Of a DNA stretch of 64,000 nt, positions 47,826 to 60,191 are shown piece by piece; position 1 is the stretch's first letter, and every line of letters starts with the position of its first letter. The position numbers and the translations under genes were made by a program. The stretch is taken from contig KV454014.1 in NCBI GenBank assembly GCA_001661245.1, positions 898,892-962,891 of the forward strand, given 5' to 3'. Origin of the DNA: Pachysolen tannophilus NRRL Y-2460 (Eukaryota). The notes below the pieces were generated by a model. That model saw only the letters and a program-made list of their open reading frames with translations, made no database searches and was not told the DNA's origin.

Positions 47826-48114
47826 CTATTAATCTCTTCAAGTATATATAAAATTATTATTATACTATATTAATATAACCGATAAGATTAGATAGAGATA
47901 ATAATAATAATAATAATTATATCAATATACATATAAATATGGTAGTGTACAAATCATTAAAAAAATATTAAAAAAAGCCCCAGTTTTATTATTTTTATTA
48001 TTATTATTCTTTTGCACTACCTTTTTTATTTGTTTTTCTTTTTTTTTTTATTTTCAAGAACATATACAATAATAAGACACGAACTTTATTTATTCATTAT
48101 TATCTTTTTATCTA

Positions 48115-48520
48115 TGGGCGGCAAATCCTTGTTTTCGCTTGAAACAACAACTTAATCTTTTCATCATCTAAACACCACGTTTCTTTTTTATTTTTTTATT
48201 TTGTTTTTTGTTTTTGAGAAACATTTCCTTTTGCCTTTCGAACAAGTAGCCGCCCAGCCTTAAAGACCTTTTTCTCTTTTCTTTATTTCTTTACTGGGAA
48301 GGCTAATCTGAAATCACACGTATATTATACATTACATGCTGGACCAACGTTTATTCCCGTTTTAGGTTAATCAGAATTCTGAAACCCAAGTACCAAATTT
48401 ACACACCCGAGGGGAAAGCGGGGACAGGAGGAGGGGAGGGGGGGGAAAGAGAAAGCGCGAGGCTCGAGCCTCGAGCCCTGGAAGGCAGCAAAGGGAGCGC
48501 CGCAGCGCCACCTAACGGGC
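48115..48520. ncRNA. Candidate structured non-coding element (GC-rich island, family unassigned)
   Basis: Several nested or adjacent inverted repeats and a G-run cluster in otherwise very AT-rich intergenic DNA. No diagnostic RNA-family motif recognised. Confidence 0.3.
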
Positions 48521-48730
48521 ATAAAAGGTAATAGCAGTAGTCAATCAATCCAATCATTTAAAAAAAAAAAAAACAATAGAAAAAGCTTATACATGAGTAA
48601 TTCTCAGCATGAACATTACAGGTCGTGTACATATTCCACATATTTAAAGAACCAGAACGCAAAAAATTTCCATGACTACGTAAAAACCAGTAAAAAAAAA
48701 TAATAAAAAAAAAAAAAAAAAAAAATAAAA

Positions 48731-48806
48731 ANNNNNNNNNNNNNNNNNNNNNNNNNNNNNNNNNNNNNNNNNNNNNNNNNNNNNNNNNNNNNNNNNNNNN
48801 NNNNNN
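48731..48806. other. Assembly gap (76 N) interrupting SEC31
   Basis: Ns seen directly. Confidence 0.99.
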
Positions 48807-49363
48807 GTAGTACCAGCAGATGCAAAAACGTGACTAACGCTATTATTCCATGAAAGACAAGTTATATCTTCCATTGGAGTCATTGCCTTCCCAGGAGCAA
48901 TTGGATGGTCTATCTTATTAGTATCCCATATGAAGATTTCACCTTTGGCACCAGCAGTGGCAAGAACATGATCTTCAGTAGGACTAAATTGAACAGCTTT
49001 TACTGGACCAGAATGATTTTTCCCAATATAAATACTAGCAGCGTCAAGCGAAGAACCATCTATTAATTTCTTGGCATCCCAGAATTGAACAATACTATTT
49101 TCTAAAGCTCCAACAAGCATACCATTGGTATGATCCGCATATTTCTTACTCCATGCTAAAGCATGAAATTTTGTATCCAAAGCAGCAGAAACTATTGGTT
49201 CCTTTGTCAATTTGGAACTCAATATATCCCAAATCTCCAATTTCGACGAAGCCGAAAAATCCAAATCAACAGCGCCTGCCGCAGAACCAGTAGCCAACAA
49301 CGGTAGCGAATCATGAGACCATACAAACGTTGCTGTACGTTCAACTTCACTAAGTTTCACCAT
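48807..49363 (-). CDS. SEC31: COPII coat protein Sec31, 5' fragment (WD40 start) running into a gap
   Basis: MVKLSEVERTATFVWSHD.LPLLATG..AGAVDLDFS followed by WD repeats. About 185 codons are visible. Confidence 0.93.
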
Positions 49364-49627
49364 TGTTATTATTATTATATATTACGGATCTCTCTTTCTC
49401 TCTCTCCTTTTGATTTCAACACTTGACACACACACAAACAAACAAAAAAAAAAAAGAGAAATACTCTTTTTCTCAACCCAATTCAATTATACCAATCACT
49501 TCAATCCAAACAGCAATTTATATTGGAAAGAAATTAATTCCGTTAAAAATCACCTAGATCTGACTGACACGTATTTCAAAAAAACAAAAAAATAGTTATT
49601 TAAATTAATTGCTTTTTTAATAGAAAT

Positions 49628-49628
<1 letters not shown>

Positions 49629-49677
<49 letters not shown>
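49629..49677 (+). repeat. Long poly(dA) tract (about 49 nt)
   Basis: Seen directly in the SEC31/WHI3 divergent intergenic region. Confidence 0.9.
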
Positions 49678-49684
<7 letters not shown>

Positions 49685-50299
49685 TTATATATTTAATTAA
49701 TTAATAACAAATACAAAAAAAAAATAAATAAATATAATATATATATATATTAAATTTAATACTGAATATATTAAATTCAAATAATATATTTAAATAATAA
49801 TCAATCATTTTTCATATTGTTGAAACCAATCGCCTTTCAATTTATTAATCGATTTAATTCAAAGGAGAGTTTTTTTTTATTTTTTTATTTTTTTTTTTTT
49901 ATTTTTTGTTTTTTTTTGTTGTAAAGACACTCCAATCAGTTAAAGATATTTTTATCAGTTTGTACACTACGCGTGGCGCTCGAGTATTAAATAACTAAAA
50001 AACGGCTTTTAACATTAATACATCAAGGGTTTTTTTTTTAAGTTTTGTACTTGAAAAAAAAAGAAAGTGAAAATTTTAATTGGAACAATTAGAAATAGTG
50101 TTTGAATTAACACTTGAAAAAGAATTGATAGCCAAACTGCAATCAAGTTTAAGTTTATTTTCAATTTCACACACAATTTCGTGTTTGATTCAAGGGAAAG
50201 GAATTATCAATAACGAAAACAAAAAAATAAAAAAAAGTAATTGTGGAAATATAAAAATCACTTTAGTCATTTAACAACAACCAACATATCAGTCTAATT

Positions 50300-50301
<2 letters not shown>

Positions 50302-50349
<48 letters not shown>
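50302..50349 (+). repeat. Long poly(dT) tract (about 48 nt)
   Basis: Seen directly upstream of WHI3. Confidence 0.9.
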
Positions 50350-50350
<1 letters not shown>

Positions 50351-50669
50351 TTTTGTTTTTTGTTTTTGTTTTGTTTTTCGTTTGGTTTTTTTTTGTTCGG
50401 TTGTTTTTGATTTAAATTCGTCATCATCATCTCCAACTAATATTGTATTTTAAGAATTCCTAGGTAAAAATTCAAAGTCATAATCGATCATAGTATTAAT
50501 TCATTTCGTGCTGCTATATCTATATTGTTTTATTATTATTATTATTATTATTATTCTTATTTTTTATTATCATCATATTCTGTCAGATAATTCAAGAGAA
50601 GATAAGAAGGTTTTCTTTTTCCAATAGCATTTAATTCATAAAAAGTTATACCTAATTTGCATAAAGAGA

Positions 50670-52868
50670 ATGTCATCACCATTGATAAATCCAAACGATA
50701 GTAGCATGTTAAGTTTGAGTAATAATTCAAATAGTTTGGATTCTCCAAACAATAGTGCAAACTTCAGAAACTTATCTTCGATAAATACAACTAATCTAAA
50801 TAACTCAATGATGAACTTGTCATTAAGCAATGGCCAACAACAACAACAACAACAACAGCAGCAGCAACCACAGCAATCACAACCACAGCAACCGCAACAA
50901 CCACAGCAGCAACAGCAGCCACAGCAGCAGATACCGCGGCCAAATGGCTACAAGATAAGAATAAGAAACATCCCAAATGATATCTCGTTAAGAGAATCTT
51001 ACCTTATATTTGCATTGAGTAATGATTTAATAAAAGTTGAAATTCAATATGAGTCTTTGAGAGCCAATAGTGTTGAAACGAATAACGAAACCAACAATAA
51101 CAAACAACAGCAACAACAACAACAACCAATAATTATAGCTTGTTTCCACTCAATTGTATCTGCTCAAACCATAGGGTCTCTTCTAGACAGTAAGCAGATA
51201 TTTGGATCCAACACAATTCCAATTAAAGTTGAACTTGAAGATAGCCATAATAATAATAATAGCAATTCGCTTGTGAATTCGCCATCATTGAATTCTTCTT
51301 TAGTTGGTGGAAACATAATGTTGCCTAGTTTAACCTCGCCACCTTCTTCGGGTGGTTTATCGACTGCAGGACCGGTACCCACAGGAATTAACAATATCAG
51401 TAATCAAAATACCAACAACAGTAATTCAGATTTTAATAATTTTAATAAGAGACCTTCTGTTGTTGCCCAAAAATCAAGATTCTTGTTTAATGATCCATTT
51501 TCACAAAACAGTCCTTCCATGAATACTTCAACTACAAATAACCTTAATGGAATATCCACTGGAACAAGCTCACCAACTGTTGCCACTTCGATAGAGAATG
51601 AACTCAATAATGTGGGTAGCAATAACAATAGTGGAAGTATCACTGCTGGAAAATCGTTATTGTTACTGGAAGCACAAAATGATGTCAGAGAATATGAGCT
51701 GTTGGTGAGATGGGGATCTCAGGCAAATACTCAAATACAGGGAGGACATCAGCAACAGCAGCAACAACAACAACTACCTTCAGGAAACTTGACCCCTGGA
51801 GGGCAGCATCAATTACCGTTACAACAACAACTGCCACTGCTGCATCATCAGCAACAACAACTGCCACTGCTGCATCATCAGCAACAACAACAACCTCAAC
51901 AACAGCAGCTACCACCCTTACATCAACAGCAAGGATTTTCAGCATCTGCTTTGCATTTAACAAATCAAGTACCTCTGCAGCTAGGTGCACCCCTGGGACA
52001 TCCACAACCTCCACCAGCAGCTATGGATTGGGATAGAAGGAGACAAAATTCATTTTATGGACTGCAACCTGGTCCACCTCTGCCTCCATCATCTGCTCCT
52101 CAGCAACAGCAGCAGCAACAACAGCAACAACAACAGCAACAGCAAACAGCACTCCATCAAAATGCCATGGGCCAGCAGCCTCAACAATTGCAACAAAATG
52201 GTATAGCACAACCTCAGCAGCAGCCTTCACACTTACAACAAAACGGTATATCCCAACCTCAGCAACAGCAGCAGCAAACTCCGCAACAACAACAACAACA
52301 ACAACAACAGCAACAACAATCTCAACAGCTGCTGCTGCTGCTGCAACAGCAGTCTTCCATTCCAGAATTATCGTTATTGGCTCGTGTTCCACCACCAGTT
52401 AATCCAGCTGATCAAAACCCACCATGTAATACACTTTATGTTGGAAATTTACCGCCGGACGCTACAGAGCTGGAATTAAGAGCTTTATTTTCACCTCAAG
52501 CTGGTTTTAGAAGACTTTCTTTCAGAACAAAGAATTCCCAAAATGGCAACCAAAATAACAGCCTTGGTGGTGGTGGCGGAAGTTCACATCATAACCATGG
52601 ACCTATGTGTTTTGTCGAATTTGAGGATGTTGCTCATGCAACCAGAGCTCTTGCAGAATTATATGGGAAGGCATTACCTAATAGAGGTTTAAATGGTGGT
52701 AAGGGAATCAGATTAAGTTTTAGCAAGAATCCCTTGGGTGTGAGGGGCCCACAAAGAGGATCTCTTCCAAATAAAGGCGGGCAGCAACCCCAACAGCAAC
52801 AACAACCACAACAACCACAACAAACTCAACAACAGCAAACTAGGTTTGGTTATAATAATGTTTACTGA
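50670..52868 (+). CDS. WHI3: Whi3/Whi4/Scw1-family Q-rich RRM RNA-binding protein
   Basis: Motifs [56 protein letters not shown] and [19 protein letters not shown] end of the RRM. Poly-Q tracts. Confidence 0.92.
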   Translation: MSSPLINPNDSSMLSLSNNSNSLDSPNNSANFRNLSSINTTNLNNSMMNLSLSNGQQQQQQQQQQQPQQSQPQQPQQPQQQQQPQQQIPRPNGYKIRIRNIPNDISLRESYLIFALSNDLIKVEIQYESLRANSVETNNETNNNKQQQQQQQPIIIACFHSIVSAQTIGSLLDSKQIFGSNTIPIKVELEDSHNNNNSNSLVNSPSLNSSLVGGNIMLPSLTSPPSSGGLSTAGPVPTGINNISNQNTNNSNSDFNNFNKRPSVVAQKSRFLFNDPFSQNSPSMNTSTTNNLNGISTGTSSPTVATSIENELNNVGSNNNSGSITAGKSLLLLEAQNDVREYELLVRWGSQANTQIQGGHQQQQQQQQLPSGNLTPGGQHQLPLQQQLPLLHHQQQQLPLLHHQQQQQPQQQQLPPLHQQQGFSASALHLTNQVPLQLGAPLGHPQPPPAAMDWDRRRQNSFYGLQPGPPLPPSSAPQQQQQQQQQQQQQQQTALHQNAMGQQPQQLQQNGIAQPQQQPSHLQQNGISQPQQQQQQTPQQQQQQQQQQQQSQQLLLLLQQQSSIPELSLLARVPPPVNPADQNPPCNTLYVGNLPPDATELELRALFSPQAGFRRLSFRTKNSQNGNQNNSLGGGGGSSHHNHGPMCFVEFEDVAHATRALAELYGKALPNRGLNGGKGIRLSFSKNPLGVRGPQRGSLPNKGGQQPQQQQQPQQPQQTQQQQTRFGYNNVY
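51831..51890 (+). repeat. Perfect 30-bp tandem duplication within WHI3
   Basis: CTGCCACTGCTGCATCATCAGCAACAACAA occurs twice in tandem. Confidence 0.95.
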
Positions 52869-53963
52869 TCTAATGTATTTTTTTTATTTTTATTTTTATT
52901 TTTATTTTTTTCCCCTCTTGTTTATTATCTTTTACTCGTTATTATCATCATTATCATAATCATTATCATTACATCAGTGCTTTTTTTTTGATTTTATTAT
53001 TATTACTACTACTACTACTACTATTATTATTATTATTATCATTATACTATTATTACTTGTTTTTGCTTCAGTTTTTATTCGTTAAACTCTTATCATGGAT
53101 GTGGCTGTTTCTATTTTTTTATTTTTTATTTTTTTTTTCAATTATCCCTTTTTCCCTTTTTTATTTTAGTTTGACCCTAAAGTTCTTATACTTTTTTTTT
53201 GTTTTTGTTATTTTTCAGTTCTTCATATATCTTATGTTTGAATTAAATTTTTTTTTATCAGTTTATGCAATGTTATCATATTGATTGATATGAATTAGTT
53301 TTGATTTATACATTGCTTTTTTGTGTTTGCGTTTATCATATACTTAATTGAAGTTTTTATCATTTAATAAGTTTCAGTTGTCTCTTTTTTTTTATTTTAT
53401 TATTATTATTATTATTATTATTTTTATTTTTACTTTACTTTACAGCTATATTTTGTATTATTATTATTATTATTATTATTATTAGTTTATAATTATATAC
53501 TCTGTACAGATATTCTATTTATTTTTGGATTACTAAAAGATTGAAGGAGAATAATTGTAAGAATTAGCATTGCATTGCCTAAGTTCAACTCCTCAGACTT
53601 GCATCATTACTTTCAATTCCCTTGCATTAGTTTACCATAAATAGTTTATGATAAAATAAGGACTAGTTAGTCATCATCCGGACTAGAGTTTAACCGAATT
53701 CAAAATTCATATATAAATAAACTAATTCGATCTAAAAATTCTTCTTTCTCAACCGTTTTTTTAATTTCTTTATTGTAAGCAGTTAATTCTAGATCTTCTA
53801 GTGTTAAAACAAAGGGGGGAAAGAGAACAAAAAAGGATAAATTTTTACTTATTTTTATTTTTTTAATTGAATTAGTTTTAATTTTAACTTATCGAAATAA
53901 TCATTCATTCATCAATCAGCTTTTTTTTTTCGAAAAGAAAAAAAAAAAAAAAAAAAGCAAAAC

Positions 53964-54107
53964 ATGGGTTCACGTAAATCATCAAAGTCTTCGAATGCTA
54001 AGGCCTCATTATCATCTTCAGCGGTTTCAAAAAATGGTGAAGGTAATAATTCATCAAATACGAATTCATCTTCATCTTCAAAATTGAGGCGCTTATCGGT
54101 TACCCCC

Positions 54108-54155
<48 letters not shown>

Positions 54156-55172
54156 GGCGCTAATCCTTTGAGCATTGCCATTGGCTCAAACAACGTTAAC
54201 AGTGACAAGAACGGCAATAGCTCCAATAAGGCTTTTGGTAATGGTAAAAAGTATAGAAACAAGGCATCCGCCAATGGTATCACTAACGGGACAAATGGCA
54301 GTACCAATACCAATATTAGTAATGATTCTCTGCAAATTAATTGCACCCCTTCGGCATTTACCAATACTAATAATACTAACAACGATTGTAAAAACAATGG
54401 TCCATTCCCAAGGTCGAACGAACAACTGGTCCTACAATTGGTCAACGGTAACCAACAGCTGCAAGGTCAATGGAGAGGGAGCTCAAATTTTTCAAATTCT
54501 TCTTCAATTTCCAAAAGGGGTATCATCCCTTCATCCCCAAATATAAACGGTAACGGTAATGGTAATTTTGGTAACAACAATAATAATCATCATTATCAAC
54601 CAAGTTCGGGATCAATTGACTACAATAGACAAAATGGAGATATTATGTTATCGGAAAAAGGGAGTTCGTCGAGTTTATTCTCCATGCAAAGTTCTACTTC
54701 AACAACAAATACTACGTCTCCTTCAACTATGGCCAAGACCACTTATGTTAATACAGGAGTTAGCGATGGTGATAATTTCTATAATGGATCACCAACTATT
54801 AATAGAAAATTTTCTTCAGTTTCTTCTCCTCTTAGTCCTAAATCAGTTAAAGATGAATCCGTTCAAACCGAAAATTTACCAATTTTTGTCAAAGGGTTAA
54901 ATGATAAATTCATAAAAGATACTTCTAGTTTAACTACTATTTTTGATTATCAAGCTATAAAACTTAATAAAGATTTGGCAAAAACTGAGAATTCAAATTC
55001 AAGCTTGAATGAAGAAGAACGTAAATCTCAACAAAAGAAATTGTGTGAAATCCTTAAAGGTTTAAGATCTATGGTTAACATTTGTGAATCATACTCTGCA
55101 GAAACTGAAAAGGCAAGTGCTGATCACATTGAAAACGTTGATAATTTCCTTAACGAAGCTTTTGCAATTTAG
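53964..55172 (+). CDS. Hypothetical N/S-rich protein with a helical C-terminal domain
   Basis: 402-aa ATG ORF in an A-rich start context, with an (AAT)n poly-Asn tract near 54108-54153. Confidence 0.7.
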
Positions 55173-55413
55173 CTATTTTTTTTTTAATAAAAAAACAAAA
55201 AAAAGGAATGAAATTAATGAAAATGGGCTAGCTAGGTTATAATTTTTTTTTTGCGCTTATATACTATTCTCATCTTTCAGTGATATTCCATTGATTGTAA
55301 TCTATGTATTTATTTATTGATGTATATAATTATTGTTGATCATAATCTGTAATAGGTAAACTGAAAACTAATAATAATGGTAAATCTATTCATATATTAT
55401 TACAAGTAAGTAA

Positions 55414-56946
55414 TCAATAATCATCCTCATTATCCAATGGATTCCATGGCAAGCCAGGATCAGAAGTTTCAGTAGCATCTGGATCTTCTTTCCAAATTTT
55501 GATACTTTTATCAGACTCTCCAGTTATCAATCTTAAACCAGATTTATCAAACGTACTTGTAAATATTCCATTTTCACTTTCCAAGCTTCCTGGTATCTTT
55601 GTTGTTGCTAATTCTTGAAACTTGTGTCCAGTTTTCCAATCCCAAAAACACATACTTCCATTATCTGCACCACTGAACATCACTCCAGATGGATTCAATG
55701 ATAATGTATTTATAATAGCGTTATGTTTAGGTTTAAAATTTTGTAAAAAATTACAATCAGGAAATTTCCATTGCTTAATATTATCTGATGAAGCAGAAGC
55801 AAAAGTATTTTCATATTCATTTAAAACTAATCCTCTTACAGATTTCTTATGATGTGTCAATACTTGTCTTGTCTTACCAGCAACCAAATCATAAGTTCTA
55901 ACAGTGGAATCCATTGAAGAAGAAACAATTTGTGGTTCAGATGCTTGGCACTTGACGTTTGTAACTGACAAATCATGTCCTGTTAAAGTATGTATAGCTA
56001 ATTTGGTTCTTATATCCCAAACTCTAACAGTTGAATCTCTACCACCGGTGGCAATAATATCTAAACTAGGGTGAATATCTATTGTGTAAACAGATGATAA
56101 ATGTCCATGATAATCTCTTATAATTTTATTTTTTTCTAAATCCCAACATTTTACAGTTTTATCCTCAGAACAAGAAAACATATAAGGATGTCTTGGAGAA
56201 ACCACAATTCCTCTTATAGCCATTATATGACCAGTCAAAGTTAATTTCAATTTTGAAGATGCTAAATCCCATATCTTAATAGTTCTATCAGCAGAACCTG
56301 AAGCAAACCATTTGTTTTCGGGATCCATTGCTAAAGATCTAACCCATCCAGTATGACCTACCATTACTCTCATCAATCTCCATGGAGCGTGCCATTCTGG
56401 TTTGACAAAATTACTAGCCTTTTGTGTTTCTTGGAATAATAAAGATCCAGAATTTGATCTTGTGGTAGAATCATCGAATGGTAGTCCAGTATTTCCAATA
56501 CTTCTAGTATTTACAGTTGTAGCAGTATGTTCCTCCTTAGAATTAGGTACCAATACCAATTCTTTCAAGTCTTCTTCTTTATTTCCAATTTTCCTTGATA
56601 TTATATCTTGAGATTCTTCTTCTTTAATTTCTTGTATTATCTTTACCGTTAACTCATCACCATTTTCTATAATATCCTTGTCAAATTTTTTATTGGCAAC
56701 TTCAACTTCTTTATTAAACTTACTTAGTAAAGACCCTGCATACCCTTTATCCCCATTTTCCCTTTCTTGTTCTTCAATCAAATACTTGGGCAATTTCTTA
56801 TACAGTTCATCATTCTTCAATCTCGTTTTAATATAAACTTCATTACTTTCCAAATCGTCATTCTCCGAAAAAAAATCATCCCCAAACAATATTTTTCTTC
56901 TCTTGGATAAACTTTCTACTGTTTCCAGAATATTTCCACTAGACAT
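55414..56946 (-). CDS. PRP46: Pre-mRNA splicing factor Prp46/PLRG1 (WD40)
   Basis: Motifs [22 protein letters not shown] repeats, [11 protein letters not shown] and [10 protein letters not shown]. Confidence 0.97.
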   Translation of the reverse strand: MSSGNILETVESLSKRRKILFGDDFFSENDDLESNEVYIKTRLKNDELYKKLPKYLIEEQERENGDKGYAGSLLSKFNKEVEVANKKFDKDIIENGDELTVKIIQEIKEEESQDIISRKIGNKEEDLKELVLVPNSKEEHTATTVNTRSIGNTGLPFDDSTTRSNSGSLLFQETQKASNFVKPEWHAPWRLMRVMVGHTGWVRSLAMDPENKWFASGSADRTIKIWDLASSKLKLTLTGHIMAIRGIVVSPRHPYMFSCSEDKTVKCWDLEKNKIIRDYHGHLSSVYTIDIHPSLDIIATGGRDSTVRVWDIRTKLAIHTLTGHDLSVTNVKCQASEPQIVSSSMDSTVRTYDLVAGKTRQVLTHHKKSVRGLVLNEYENTFASASSDNIKQWKFPDCNFLQNFKPKHNAIINTLSLNPSGVMFSGADNGSMCFWDWKTGHKFQELATTKIPGSLESENGIFTSTFDKSGLRLITGESDKSIKIWKEDPDATETSDPGLPWNPLDNEDDY

Positions 56947-57131
56947 TCTTATCCAGAAACTAATTTCAAACTAATATATCTTATCAAATATGAACAATTA
57001 TACCTTTCTTCTCTTTACTTTACCAGGTGAAAATTTTAAATTTTCCATGTTTTTTTTTTAACTATAACTATAACCAAAACAATATTCCAAGCCTAAAAGA
57101 GAAAATTTAGTTTATCTGGAAACTACTAAAA

Positions 57132-57205
57132 GGTCCCTTGGCCCAGTTGGTTAAGGCGCCGTGCTAATAACGCGGAGATCAGCAGTTCGATCCTGCTAGG
57201 GACCA
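57132..57205 (+). tRNA. tRNA-Ile (anticodon AAT), intronless
   Basis: GGTCCCT/AGGGACC acceptor stem, D-arm TGGCCCAGTTGGTTAAGGC, anticodon arm CCGTG-CTAATAA-CGCGG, T-loop GTTCGATC, and downstream T-runs. Confidence 0.97.
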
Positions 57206-57521
57206 TTTTGAAAACCATTTTTTTTTTGGAAATTTTATTTTAAGATTTGTGATAAAGTTGCACTACTACAATTATATTTCAAGTTTGTAATTATAGACAC
57301 TACTTTTGTATGGTGAATTTTTTTGAAAAAACTATTTTATAAAACTGAACACTACCATTTTATATGAAAAAAAAAATTTTTTTTTTTCATCAAAAACTGT
57401 ATGTAAAAGGAAAAGAGAAGAGATGTGCATAGTAATAAGTAGTAATAGTAATAGTAATAGTAATAATATTTATTTGGTACTAATTTTTTTTTTTTTTTTT
57501 GTTTTTGTTTAGTTAATTATA

Positions 57522-59794
57522 ATGTCATTGACGAATGATGAGGAGTCACTGAAACGTGCTCTTGCAGATGAACTGGCTGAACTGGTTGAAGGTGGTTTAG
57601 AGCTGGTGTCTAATAAAAGAATCAAGCTTGAACATGATGGAATACTGGATCAAAATTTGAAAGGTATTCAAGAAGAAGATGTTGGTATATGTCAATATAT
57701 TTCTCCTTCTATTGATGGGTTTCATGGTATTTTGAAGCAAAGATATACTGATTTTTTAGTGAATGAAATTGGAATGGATGGTAAAGTTGTTTATTTGGTA
57801 GATGAAGGTTTCCCGAATAGTAAAGATAGAAGAAAAGAAAGAAGGTTGATGGATCAAAAACAGAATAGCGATAACGTTAATAATGATAAAATAGATGAGC
57901 TTTTATTAAAAGAAGAAGAAGTTTCTAATATGAAACAACCGAAATATGAATTAAAAGCTGGGCATAGAATAGAGTTGTTGAATTTTTTCGGAGAAGAAGA
58001 TTTGAACAAGATTGAAGAATTGTTTAATACGGGCAATCATATGGAAACATCAAAATCTTTTGATGATAAAGCTACTCGTAGTAAGATTCATAAACTTTTG
58101 AGAGAAGCATTTCAAAATAAGTTGGAAAGTTTAACCACAGATTCAAATACACTTAAAGTTGCGTTACTGGTCAAGAGTAATCGTAACAATAGAAGAAGAA
58201 ATAATGATCACATTGAAAATGGTGATGGCAGCAACAACAGCAGCAGCGGCAACAGCAACAATGGCAAAAAGGATGGTGATCCAAACTATGGTCTTGGTCC
58301 TATTAAAGATCATTTAATCTTGACTATGTATAAGGAGAATAAAGAAACCATGGAAGTTGCTTCATTACTTGCCAAGTTTTTAAGAATTCCAACAAAATGG
58401 ATTAGGTATGCAGGTACTAAAGATAGAAGAGGAATAACAGTACAAAAATTATCAATTGAAAGATTGAGAGTCGATAGAGTTAATAATTTGAATAGAATCT
58501 TGAAAGGTATAAGAATTGGAAGTTTTAATTATTCTGATACTGGATTATCTTTAGGAAATTTAAAAGGTAATGAATTTGTTATTACTATAAAAGAAGTTGA
58601 ACCATATGATAAATCTAAAAATTTAGAAAAACTTGCTGAAGATTCTTTCAAGACTTTGAAAGAAATTGGATTTATTAATTATTATGGAATGCAAAGATTT
58701 GGTACTTTTTCAATTTCAACTCATCAAATTGGTGTTAAACTTTTACAAAATAAATGGAAAGAAGCTGCAGAATTATTATTATCAGATCAAGACTTGGTTG
58801 CTCCTGATTCAGTTGAGGCAAGACAAATTTGGAAAAAGACAAGAAATGCATCTTTAGCTTTGAAAAAAATGCCAAGAAGATTTAGTGCTGAATTTGCAAT
58901 TTTAAAAGTATTAGAAAAGGAAAAATTAGATGATAATGGTGATTATAATGATCATTCATATTTTCAAGGTGTAATGCAAATTCCAAGAAATTTAAGAATA
59001 ATGTATGGACATGCATATCAATCATATGTTTGGAATTGTGTTGCATCAAAGAGAATTGAATTATTTGGTTTACAAATTGTTGAAGGAGATTTGGTTATTA
59101 TTGATGAAAACATTGAGTCTATAGATCAACTCAACCAAGAAGATGCTGAAGATGAATTTGTAGAAGATATAAGGAAAAATACTTTCATCAGAGCAAGACC
59201 CGTTACTACTGAAGATATTGAATCTAAAAAATATTCCATATATGATGTAGTGTTACCTACTCCGGGATTTGATGTTTTATATCCATCAAATCCAAAATTA
59301 AAACAAGTATATATTGATATTATGTCAAAGGATAATTTAGATCCTTTCCAAATGTCAAGAAAAGTTAGAGAATTTTCATTAGCTGGATCTTATAGAAGTT
59401 TAATTGGTAAAGTTGGTGATTTATCCTATTATATTAGGCATTATTCCAATAATGATGAATCTTTAGTACTATCAGATTTAGATATATTAAGGAAAAGACA
59501 AGATTTTGAAAAAAAAAAATTGATGAATTTTTCATTGAAAATAATAAAAAAATTAAAGAAATGGAAGAAAATAAAGAAGAATTTATAACAAAAAAAATTG
59601 AAGAAATTAAGAAAGAATCAAAAGAATTAATAATTGAACGAGTAAAACCAAATGATCCAAATGGTACTAAAACAGCTATTATTTTGAAAATGCAATTAGG
59701 AGTTTCTTCATATGCAACAATGGCCCTAAGAGAATTGATTAAAAAGGAAACTTCTAGAAGATCAGACCTGTGTAATGTTAGACAAAATCCTTAA
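57522..59794 (+). CDS. PUS7: TruD-family pseudouridine synthase Pus7, with an apparent frameshift at the A11 run (59509-59519)
   Basis: Motifs KQRYTDFLVNEI, YAGTKDRRG, GFINYYGMQRFG and HAYQSYVWN. The conserved C-terminus (LKMQLGVSSYATMALREL) lies in the -1 frame and ends at 59794. Confidence 0.93.
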
Positions 59795-60136
59795 GCGAAT
59801 AAAAGTTTATATAGATAGATAAATATAAACCAGAAACTAATAACCAAATCCTATTTCCTCCACAAAAAGTTGTTAAAATCACAAACATATTTTTGTATAT
59901 TTCTGTTCTTTTTGAGCCGCATTCAAAATATGTAAGTAAAATGCACAGAAACAGGCAGATGTAAAGTTTTAACTTGATGATATAAATTCATTTAGTTTTT
60001 ACTCTTATATATATATCTTTTTTTTTTTTATTTCCCATAAATTCATTTCAGACGAGTTTAATCAACTAAATTTGTCTAATATCTTGCTATTAACGAGGAC
60101 TTAACCAAGAAGTCTTTCATTGCTCCGTGGGTAATT

Positions 60137-60191
<55 letters not shown>

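Noticed and set aside
48593..48703. 36-codon ORF MSNSQHEHY...DYVKTSKKK with a faint likeness to the CPA1 arginine attenuator peptide
   Set aside because: It lacks the D-Y-x-S-D-H-x-W core, and no CPA1 is visible downstream.
49629..50349. Poly(dA) and poly(dT) tracts as a long inverted repeat or mobile element ends
   Set aside because: Homopolymers are abundant throughout the window, and there is no target-site duplication or element ORF.
20452..59794. Pseudouridine synthase PUS7 and a pseudouridine catabolic gene in one window as a functional cluster
   Set aside because: They are about 35 kb apart with many unrelated housekeeping genes between them, so this is likely coincidence.
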